Shown here in pieces: positions 1-8,643 of a DNA stretch of 64,000 bases. The stretch spans positions 528,709 to 592,708 of the forward strand of contig NW_013657674.1 in NCBI RefSeq assembly GCF_000142905.1, in the 5' to 3' direction. The DNA comes from Thecamonas trahens ATCC 50062. Its lineage: Eukaryota; Protista; Apusomonadida. A program made the translations under genes and the position numbers. Each line of letters begins with the position of its first letter. The stretch's first letter is position 1. The notes below the pieces were generated by a model. That model searched no databases. It worked only from the letters and a program-made list of their open reading frames with translations, and was not told the origin of the DNA.

Positions 1-1
1 G

Positions 2-559
2 CCGCGCGTTGACCACCGTCAGCTGGACAGCTCCGGCGGCAGCGATCCATCCTCCAGCCGGATTGATCCAAGCCCGGCCTGCAAGTGCAGCAGTTAGCGC
101 CACCACCAGCATCACGATGCCTACCACAGCTAGTGCCAATACCTGGCTCGTCGGCTCGTTGCCGTCAAAGTAGGCGTCCAGACCGAGAGTAGCGAGCGCG
201 CCAACGACGATGAGCGCCCGTCCCAGCTGATGAATAACTGGATGACGCGCACGATCAGAGGAGCCATCTGCACCCAGAGCACGACCAACGCGGGCAAACG
301 CATCCTCCCATCCCCTTGGAGCCTTGCATCGAGCGAGTACTTCTTTTCCCGCCCACACGCATGCAGCGCCCGTGACTGCTGTCAGGACTGGGTACGCCAG
401 ACCAGGGTACGGCACCACGAGGAGGGCGAGCGAGAGGCCCATGGCGAGCACAGCTGCACCTGCAACTTGGCCAGCGCCACAGCAAGCGGTAGCTGTCCAC
501 CCTGCTGCTATGAGTAATCCCCCGGCCATGGCGGTGGAAATGAGTGTGGCTGCAGGCAT
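2..559 (-). CDS. Polytopic membrane protein, partial (runs off the left edge)
   Basis: Manual translation, not in the ORF track: MPAATLISTAMAGGLLIAAGW...AVLAMGLSLALLVVPYP...RALIVVGALATLGL...VLALAVVGIVMLVVALTAALAG. Open to the window edge with several hydrophobic helices. Confidence 0.6.
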   Translation of the reverse strand, partial: MPAATLISTAMAGGLLIAAGWTATACCGAGQVAGAAVLAMGLSLALLVVPYPGLAYPVLTAVTGAACVWAGKEVLARCKAPRGWEDAFARVGRALGADGSSDRARHPVIHQLGRALIVVGALATLGLDAYFDGNEPTSQVLALAVVGIVMLVVALTAALAGRAWINPAGGWIAAAGAVQLTVVNAR

Positions 560-692
560 GGCTACGTCGCCAGCTCTCTGGTGCAGGCACAAGTGGAGTG
601 GTTGGCTTTTTTGACAGGTGCAGCGCCGACAATGTCACCGCGTGCGGCGTCGAGTCGGATGCGGCACACAATGGCACCATCACTCGAGCTTG

Positions 693-1745
693 CTACTCTG
701 TTGATGACGAGGTGGAGATGGTCGAGGCGCTGGCGTTGGGGTTGTGCGGAAGAGCGGCGCGGAGGGAGGCCGCGGTGTTGGCGCAGGCTTCGACAACGGC
801 GGAAATGCGGGTGGGTGCGGCGCCGATGGCGGTGAGGTCTGCGGTGAGCGAGGTCTTTCCGTGACGAGCGATGTAGCTGCGGAGCGCCTTGAGCTCGGAG
901 ACGGTGAGCTCGTGGGCAAGGATGGTGTCGAGCTCGGGAGGGGCGGCGACAGCAGCCATGACGGTAGCGATGGCGGCTTCGGAGACGCCTGCCGCACGGA
1001 GGTCGCCCATGAGTGTACCCTTGCCATTCCGGGCGACGTGATGCACGAGCGCAGCCATTTCGTTGGCGTCAAGGACAAGCTCGAGGACCGAGGCGAGCGA
1101 GGGCGGCGGCGGCGGCGAGGGCGGCGGCGGCGGCGGGGCGGCGAGGCCGCGGGTGGCGGCGGCAATGGCGTTGTCGGCCTCGATGCGGGCGAGGCGGACC
1201 CTGCTCATGATGGGCTCGATGTCTTCGGCCGAGACGACGCCGGCGGAGAACAGATCGGCCGGCAGCGAGGTCTTGCCCTTGGTGAAGATGTGGGTCTGAA
1301 AGACTGCCCAGGCCTCGGGGCCGAGGGCGCTCTCGAGCTCCTTGCGGACGCGGAACATGTACTTTGTGTTTTCGATCTCGACCAGGATGTTGCGGATGGT
1401 GCCCGGAGCCACGCCAGCGGCGGCCAGATCGTTGCCCAGCGATGACTTGCCGCCAGCGACGACGGCCTCGAACCGCAGTCGCTCGGCCTCTGTGATGTGG
1501 CGCTCGACAATGAGGCCGACAGTTCGCGGGCGCGACTCGAGCTCGTATACCACCCTTTGGATGGCATCGTCCGAGATACCAGCCGCCACCAAGTCGGCGA
1601 TGAGGGTGGTGACCCCGTGGCGGATGACGTGCCGCTCAAAGGCTGCCACCTCACCAGCGCTCAGCGCGTTGGCAAGCACCGCACGGGCGTCAAACACATG
1701 CTCCTTCCGTCGTGGTGGCGGCGTGGACGACGAAGACCCACGCAT
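693..1745 (-). CDS. Hypothetical protein with five ~45-aa helical repeats
   Basis: ORF 693..1802, likely ATG at 1745 (MRGSSS). Five copies of a G(K/V)x(S/T)LxxDLxxxG motif. Confidence 0.7.
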   Translation of the reverse strand: MRGSSSSTPPPRRKEHVFDARAVLANALSAGEVAAFERHVIRHGVTTLIADLVAAGISDDAIQRVVYELESRPRTVGLIVERHITEAERLRFEAVVAGGKSSLGNDLAAAGVAPGTIRNILVEIENTKYMFRVRKELESALGPEAWAVFQTHIFTKGKTSLPADLFSAGVVSAEDIEPIMSRVRLARIEADNAIAAATRGLAAPPPPPPSPPPPPSLASVLELVLDANEMAALVHHVARNGKGTLMGDLRAAGVSEAAIATVMAAVAAPPELDTILAHELTVSELKALRSYIARHGKTSLTADLTAIGAAPTRISAVVEACANTAASLRAALPHNPNASASTISTSSSTE

Positions 1746-1896
1746 TGCTCCGTCTCGGGGGGAGGAGAGGAGAGGGAGCAAGAGTGAGAGAGGTAGCCCC
1801 ACCCGCGACCGGCGTCCCCCTGCTCGGTGGCGGCCTCTACCGCGAGCATTCGAAGCTCACTACGATGCTTGACTTCAAGCTCTGATCGTTCATCCC

Positions 1897-2608
1897 TTAA
1901 CGGTACGCTCGTTCGGACGCGTCCTCGTGCGTCTCAAAGTGGACATCTCGCTGATGCTTGACTTCCCGGTGGGAGGCGCGCCCGCACGTGATGGCGGCCG
2001 ACACGTGGACGCCCGCCTGAAGGATGCCCGACCGAGGAGCATGGGCGAGGCGCGCGAGGTGCCGTACGGCGCCGATCCGGAAGAGCGGCGGGCGCGGACG
2101 GTGCGGAGCTTGCCGTTGACGACCCCGACGACCGGGAAGGAGAGTATGACAGAGTTGAACACAGCGGCCGGACGGGAGAGCGCGAGGACGCCTTGCGATG
2201 GACGAGCTTGCCGGTCGGCGTGGCCGCGCAAGTGGTGGCACGCCATCCTGTACTGGATTCTGGACGCTGCGTACGTGCTCTACACTAACACGATCCCACG
2301 CCCCGCCATAGCTCGCGTGGCTTTTCCTTACGACATTATCGACGCCCTCGCCGCCAGTGCCAACGCCGTCAGCTACGCGCCCTCGCCGCCAGTGCCGACG
2401 CCGTCAGCTCCGCGCCGTCGCGCAAGCGGAAGCGTCCCTCTGCACCGGCTGCTCGTCATCACCACCTTCCCCAGCGAGCCGCTTCGCCTGCCGGATGCTT
2501 CATGGTGAGCGATCGCGGCCGCGGACCCTTTGCGCCGCGCGCGGCGTCCATCTCTGGATCGCCGACTGTGTTCTGTTGCAGCCCACCAGTGGCTACAGCA
2601 GCCGTTAA
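1897..2608 (+). mobile_element. Degenerate piggyBac-like transposon remnant
   Basis: Peptide RKWWHAILYWILDAAYVLY resembles the end of the piggyBac DDE core (R-K-W-W...F..LLD.A..NA..LY). A frameshifted Cys/His-rich tail follows. Bounded by TTAA-CGG (1897) and CCG-TTAA (2608). Confidence 0.55.
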
Positions 2609-3013
2609 CACACTGTACTACTCTTCCACTGCGATTGATGGACGTTGCGACGTCTGCGGTGCGTCGCGGAGCGCGGCTTGCGCGATGGACAAGTTTGTCC
2701 ATTCCGTACCGTAAAGGGATAAAGCTGAATACCTCGCCATCTTGCCCACCATCCCAAGTGTCATCGTTGCGTCGCATCGACATCATTTCCGCCGTCACGG
2801 CTTGTCCCGTCTGCGCACTGGCTCGGTCTCTGACTCGGGACTCTCGCTGATTGCGCCATTAGCCAAACTTTGGCTTTGCCTGCCATCGATTACCGTTTCG
2901 ATGCTTTCGTTCGTTCTCCCGCTCTCTGGCGGGCCGCACCCGGCCACTGACGGCCACTCCAGCCGCCCCGGCCAACCACTGCACGACCACCCCTCTCGAG
3001 ACCTTCCCCAGCC

Positions 3014-4778
3014 ATGTCTGACGTACGCCCTCCTCCCCTCCCCCTTCCCTCCTTCCCCCTTTCCCTTCTCTTCCCCTTCCCTTCCCTCCCCTCTCTCTCT
3101 CTCTCTCCTAGTGTGTTTGCGACCACCACCACCACGCCACCCCTTGCCAAACCAACCGACGCATGCCCCCCCCCCGCCTTACCAAGCACTCACCACCCAC
3201 CACAGCAAGTCTCCCAGCTCCAGCGTGAGGTACGTGAGAGATGACACTAGACAGCCGTCACCTACTTTGTGGGTCCTTTACCTCCCCCTCCTTCCCTCCA
3301 ACCCCGCTACCCTCTACCCAGTTCCTTCCCCACCCTCCCCCTCCTCCCCGCCTCCCCCGCCTTCTGCTGTTCCGGCTTGATCATGATCAGAGTCTGGTGT
3401 GGCAAATGACCTTTTTTTTCCGCGAGCCTTCACCGCCACCCACTGCTGCCACTACCCCCGCACCGTCCACCCATCACCCGTTCCCCCCGCTCCACCCCCC
3501 CACCCCCGCCCCCGCCTCTGTCGCCCTCCCTCTCTGTTCCTCCCTTGCCTCACCCCCCCCCCACCCGTCCTCCTCCCCCACCCTCGTTTGATCGATCACC
3601 ACCGTAGATCGAGGCCCTGACCAAGGAGAACCGCAAGCTGTCGGCCAAGCTCGAGGCTCGTGATGCCGAGCTGAAGAAGCTCCGTGCCGAGAACCGCGAG
3701 CTGAAGCTGCGGCCGCCGCCGCGGACGTATGTGGATGCGGATGACGAGCGTGAGGCCAACGCGTGGCGCGAGAAGGCCAACAACCTCCTGACCCTCCTCG
3801 ACAACCTCCAGCACGACATGCAGGACGATCTGCTCAACCTGGAGGCCGAGACACTGCAGCCGGGCTCGTCGACGCTCTCAACGCCGGCTAAGGGCTCGTC
3901 GTCGACGCTGGTGGCGTCGACGGCCAAGACGGCAGAGCCGGCGGCGGAGCCGGCCGAGGCTGCGTCCCCGGCGCCGCGGTCCGGCCGCAAGCGCAAGGAG
4001 CGGTCGGAGCGGACCAAGTCGCCCGAGCCACTGTGTGTTTAAACGNNNNNNNNNNNNNNNNNNNNNNNNNNNNNNNNNNNNNNNNNNNNNNNNNNNNNNN
4101 NNNNNNNNNNNNNNNNNNNNNNNNNNNNNNNNNNNNNNNNNNNNNNNNNNNNNNNNNNNNNNNNNNNNNNNNNNNNNNNNNNNNNNNNNNNNNNNNNNNN
4201 NNNNNNNNNNNNNNNNNNNNNNNNNNNNCTATTGAGTCGCCGAGCCTGCCGCCGAGTCTGCCGCCGCGGCCGACGCCGACGCTGCCGACGCCTCGCTCGA
4301 CGCGCTGACCAAGGCGTACAAGGACCTTGGCGCCGCCGCCAAGTACATCCACCAGCGCTACCGCGAGGTCAAGGATGGCGTTGCCGACAACGCCACGGCC
4401 AAGAACATCTGGGCCGACAACTCGGACCCCATCAAGCACTCGGCCAAGGCCGCCAAGGCCGTCGCCGGCCACCGCGACGAGCCCATCGACTTTGGCTCGG
4501 CGCCCTTTGCAGACAAGACCCTCGAGGTGACCAAGGCCGCCAAGGAATGGGCAGAGTCGGTGCGCAAGATTTACTCGCAGGCCGGCGACCATGCCTCGGC
4601 CCTCAAGGCCGGGGCGAAGGCCCTTCACTCGTCCGCCCGCAAGCTCGGTAGCGCTGCCGCCGACTTTAACGCCTCGGACGCCGCCTCGGTCGAGCTCGTC
4701 ACCACCCATGCCAACGCCGTTGCCGCCAACCTCAAGACCCTCATGGACGCCGAAGCCGACTGGCTCCTCTCCATGTAA
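3014..4778 (+). CDS. Spliced coiled-coil protein; exons 3014-3022, 3206-3229, 3608-(gap)-4778
   Basis: Introns 3023-3205 (GTACGC...CTCAC...CAG) and 3230-3607 (GTACGT...TAG) join in phase: MSD|QVSQLQRE|IEALTKENRKLSAKLEARDAELKKLRAENRELK. A similar Ala/Lys-rich frame resumes after the gap and ends at TAA 4778. The join across the gap is inferred, since a TAA at 4040-4042 lies at the gap edge. Confidence 0.6.
4046..4228. other. Assembly gap (N run)
   Basis: Run of N. Confidence 0.99.
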
Positions 4779-4860
4779 CCACCTTCCTGTGTGTAAACAC
4801 CGTACTTGAGCCTGCTCTGCCAGCAGCCGCTCCTCCTCAGCATCTGTCTCTGCCTCCCGC

Positions 4861-6246
4861 ATGGCCGACGTCCACGTTGTCCTCACCGGTGCTCGCCGTT
4901 GTGAGCAGCAGCTTGCTGGACACGATGGCATTCTCCAAGGTGAGATAGTGGTGGACAACAAGGCCGTGCAAGTTATTGCCAAGCCGCTCCATGCCCGCGA
5001 GGCCGCGTTCTATGCTCATCTCACGGGCCCATCTCCTCCGGCCGACCTTGCTCGCTTTGTCCCGGACTGCTTTGCCGCCGGCCCGGTGACGGTCGCCATG
5101 GCCAGCGGTGAGACGACGACAACCGAGCTGCTCGTCGTGGCTGACCTCCGCGGCGAGCTGGGCGGCCGGTATGCGCTTGCTGATTGCAAACTCGGCTTTC
5201 GTGAAGCAGCGCCGTTGGCCGTAACCTCGGCCGAGAAGACCGCCATCCAGACAGCCAAAGCGCTTGGCACCACATCGGCGACGCTGGGCGTTCGCCTGCT
5301 CGGCCTGCACGCTCCGCGACTCGACGGCTCGTGGGTCACTCGCGACAAGGCGTACGGAAGGTCGCTCGACTCGCCGGCAAGCTTGTCGGCCGCACTCGCC
5401 GGCGATCTGCTCGGCTCGGCGTCGGCGGGGCAGCTGAAGCAGATTCGGAGCCGGATTGGCGATCTCCGGGATGCACTTGCCTCCACACACTCGGTCAAGC
5501 TCTTCTCAGCCTCAATCCTCATCGGGTATGCGCCTGGCGGCTGCGCCGATGACGTCACCGTCGCGTTGGTCGACTTTGCCAACTCACTCTGTGGCGTCAC
5601 TGCCGACGACAGCTCGCTCGGCGTCGACCATGACTCGGTTGACGCGCTCGGCGCCGTTCTCGACACCATTGACGCGGCACGGCACGGGTACACCATCGGG
5701 CGGGCACCTGTAGATGCCGATGCCGCCGCGCTGGCTGCCCTCGTCAATGACGTCTACGTGGTCGCCGAGCGCGGGCTGTGGCAGCAAGGTTTCCAGCGGA
5801 CCACCGCTGTCGAGATAGAGGGTCTCATCCGTGGCGACAAGCCAGAGACCCAGGTACTGATGGCGGTAGGAAATGCGAGCGCACGGCCGATTCTCGGCAT
5901 TATCGCTGTCTCGCGAGTCGACTATGATGGCGACAGAGTCGGCGAGTTTGGTATGCTCGCGGTGGCGCCGGCGGCGCGGTCGGCCGGTCTCGGGCGCGCG
6001 CTCATTGACGCCGCCGAAGCTCATGCTGCGGCCACCTGGGGTGTCAGCACCATGATGCTCGAGCTGCTCACTCCGCGCAACTTTGTCATGCCTGACAAGG
6101 TCAAGCTAACCAAGTGGTACACGGCGCTCGGATATACGCCGTGTGCGCCAATGCCGTTTGAGGACAAGCTCCCGCAGCTGGTTCCGTTCCTCGACACGGA
6201 AGTCGACTTTACCGTCTTTCTCAAGCAGCTGAGCGGAGAGACATGA
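4861..6246 (+). CDS. Inositol polyphosphate kinase (IPK/IPMK family) fused to a C-terminal GNAT acetyltransferase
   Basis: IPK motifs: QLAGH, EAAFY, DCKLG (DxKxG), TSATLGVRL, DKAYGR, SASIL, VDFAN. GNAT motif A: FGMLAVAPAARSAGLGRALI, plus WYTALGY. Confidence 0.85.
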   Translation: MADVHVVLTGARRCEQQLAGHDGILQGEIVVDNKAVQVIAKPLHAREAAFYAHLTGPSPPADLARFVPDCFAAGPVTVAMASGETTTTELLVVADLRGELGGRYALADCKLGFREAAPLAVTSAEKTAIQTAKALGTTSATLGVRLLGLHAPRLDGSWVTRDKAYGRSLDSPASLSAALAGDLLGSASAGQLKQIRSRIGDLRDALASTHSVKLFSASILIGYAPGGCADDVTVALVDFANSLCGVTADDSSLGVDHDSVDALGAVLDTIDAARHGYTIGRAPVDADAAALAALVNDVYVVAERGLWQQGFQRTTAVEIEGLIRGDKPETQVLMAVGNASARPILGIIAVSRVDYDGDRVGEFGMLAVAPAARSAGLGRALIDAAEAHAAATWGVSTMMLELLTPRNFVMPDKVKLTKWYTALGYTPCAPMPFEDKLPQLVPFLDTEVDFTVFLKQLSGET

Positions 6247-6280
6247 CTTGAGGCAGCGTTGCTTCCGAGTGTCGGGGGCA

Positions 6281-7225
6281 TTATGCTGGTGGTGGACTAA
6301 ACCGATGGCAGAGGGCGGCGGCAAGACCGGCGCCGTCGCCGCGATGGCTCTCGGCGAGCGGCCCGAGGCTGTCTCTGAGCTCGAGATTGAACTCGCCCGC
6401 CACAGCATGTACCAGCGCAGACCGCAGCGCGTCCTTCAGCGGACGACCAGCAGCGGCAACGGCAGCCGTAGCGGCAGGCTCTGCAGCGACCAGATCGTCG
6501 AGTGAAGCGACGGCGAGTCCAGGGTCGTTGATGCCACACGGGACGATGGCGCCGAATGCGTTGTCAAGCTGGCCGTCTGAGTTGTCGACGTTGAGCGCAA
6601 AGCCGTGCATCGAGACGTGTTTTGAGAATGAGACGCCAATGGCAGCAATCTTGCGACCGCCGACCCAGACGCCCGGATGATCGGCGTTGCGCCCGGCCAC
6701 GATGCCAGTCACCGAGGCGGTGGCGTCCATAACCACTTGCTCGAGCGCATGCATGAAGCACTTGGCCGAGCCGCCGTGCTGGCGGAGATCGACCAGCAGG
6801 TAGCCCACTAGCTGACCGGGACCATGGTAGGTGATCTGGCCACCACGGCGGATGCGGACCACATTCGCCGGCTTACCCGTCGCCGCCGCCACCATCTCTT
6901 CCGAGAGCTCAGTCTTCCGTGATCGGACGCCAAGGGTGTAGACCGGGCTATGCTCGAGCAGCAGCATCTTGCCCATCTCACCACGCCATACCGCGGCACG
7001 CATCGCATCTTGCACCGCCAGCGTTGGCTCATACGGCATCGGCGTCTGGCCATCGATCGCAAACAGCTCGCCGACCATCGTCTCTTGCGCCCGACACGGC
7101 CGCAAGCTTCGCCCACAGGCCAACCCGCCACTCGCCAGCCCAGACACGGCCCGCCCACTTGCCGCCCACCTCCATCCTCCGCCCACCATACATGGTGTAA
7201 CCATCCGCCGTACACTCCTCAGCAT
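6281..7225 (-). CDS. LIPT2: Octanoyltransferase (lipoate-protein ligase B), probably mitochondrial
   Basis: LLEHSPVYTLG, RGGQITYHGPGQLVGY, KIAAIG, HGFALNV, IVPCG. Arg-rich, acid-free N-terminus resembles a presequence. Confidence 0.95.
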   Translation of the reverse strand: MLRSVRRMVTPCMVGGGWRWAASGRAVSGLASGGLACGRSLRPCRAQETMVGELFAIDGQTPMPYEPTLAVQDAMRAAVWRGEMGKMLLLEHSPVYTLGVRSRKTELSEEMVAAATGKPANVVRIRRGGQITYHGPGQLVGYLLVDLRQHGGSAKCFMHALEQVVMDATASVTGIVAGRNADHPGVWVGGRKIAAIGVSFSKHVSMHGFALNVDNSDGQLDNAFGAIVPCGINDPGLAVASLDDLVAAEPAATAAVAAAGRPLKDALRSALVHAVAGEFNLELRDSLGPLAESHRGDGAGLAAALCHRFSPPPA

Positions 7226-7526
7226 GGGTGGATGACTGGTTCGAGTGGTGTGTCAGCGCCACCCGAGGCAGAGGCCGAGGCTGACGACGTCGCCACTGAA
7301 CTTGAGCACTTTGAGCGCTTCGTTCGGTTGCGATCCGCAGACAACGATGACCGAGGCGGATTCAGGTGATCCCCCCCCCCCCCCTCACACATTCTCCCCT
7401 CTGGCCCATCTCCAACCCGGCATCAGCAGCCCGATCGAACCCCGCTGCCGGCTATCGACCTGCTCATCAGCTGCGACGGTATCGGCAAGTTGCACAGCCT
7501 ATCTACCATCAACCCAGAACCCGGGC

Positions 7527-7570
7527 ATCGATCGATGGATCGATGGATCGATGGATCGATGGATCGATGG
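7527..7570. repeat. (GATCGATG)n short tandem repeat
   Basis: atcgatcgatggatcgatggatcgatggatcgatggatcgatgg between the divergent LipB and Mss4 genes. Confidence 0.9.
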
Positions 7571-7751
7571 GATGCTCTTGTCATACATGGCCTCCCTGCC
7601 AGCCCTCTCCCCTCTCCTCCTCTCCTCCCACGTCCGCCTTCTTCTCCCAAGCCCGCTTTGTGGCCGCCACCCGCCGCCACTTTAGGCGAGAGAGCGCGGT
7701 CGACAGCGACGACTCCACGAGGCCACACCTCACACTGGGCAACAAGCAGGA

Positions 7752-8165
7752 ATGGCGGATACGAGCAACAGCTATGATGCCAAGTGCAAGCAGTGTGGGT
7801 GCATGCTGCTGGCGGCGGGCGACGGGAGTCTGACTCGGCTCGAGACGACCTTGCCCGATGCCGAGGCCGAGGACGGCGTGGTGGCGGTGGCGAACGGCGT
7901 TCGTCTGGATGATGTCATGGGCTTCTTCAACATCGGTGTCTCAAACACCCTCACACAAGCTCACGGAGTTGATGACCATGATCCGCCTGTCTCTCGCTTC
8001 CTTGTCTGCCCGGACTGCCCCACTCCCGTCGCAAAGATCGTCGGCTTTATCGTCGCTGAGGCTGATCATGCCGCCAAGGGCTGCTGGATCTTTGAGGAGC
8101 GCATTGCTGGACCCTCGGCGGAGCCCACAGCCTCGGCCGAGTCCACAGCCTCGGCTGATCCCTAA
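7752..8165 (+). CDS. RABIF: Mss4/RABIF-like Zn-binding Rab chaperone/GEF
   Basis: CKQC...LL, DVMGFFNIGVS (cf. DMFxFENVGF), FLVCPDC, IVGF; 137 aa. Confidence 0.8.
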   Translation: MADTSNSYDAKCKQCGCMLLAAGDGSLTRLETTLPDAEAEDGVVAVANGVRLDDVMGFFNIGVSNTLTQAHGVDDHDPPVSRFLVCPDCPTPVAKIVGFIVAEADHAAKGCWIFEERIAGPSAEPTASAESTASADP

Positions 8166-8643
8166 GCTGCCGATCCATCGTCGTAGCCCTCTGGAAACAG
8201 CTGCTGTCGTGCAGAACTCTCTCGTGAGACTGCACACTCTCTGCCGTCCACATCAGCGCAGGCTGCGCAAGTCATCTCCTCTTGTAGTGCCACCCCAAAC
8301 TCTGGCCGATCACATCTCCTTTTCCCCCATCTCCCATGCGACACTCTGCTCTGAACGCCGCCGGTTCGTCGCTGTTCGCCCTCCCCCCCTTTTTGCGGCG
8401 CGGCCTTTTTTTGTGCCATTCGCCGGCGAAACTCAGCCGATGCGACCGCGATACCTCTCCTCGCCCCTTTAGTGCGGGTCCGCTGTACACCACCACAGCC
8501 ACACTCTTCACCCCCCTCCGCCCTTCCCCACATCTCCCCCTTAGCTACCCCCTCCCTCCCTCCCCCATTTTCTTGCGGGAAATTCCAACTTCCTGCTTGC
8601 TCTAGCCCACCTCCGAGTTGTCCGGTGTTCCGTCTGTAGTGTG

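Noticed and set aside
693-1745. GKT/GKS motifs as P-loops
   Set aside because: They lack the upstream GxxxxGK[ST] spacing and beta-strand context; they are part of a helical repeat.
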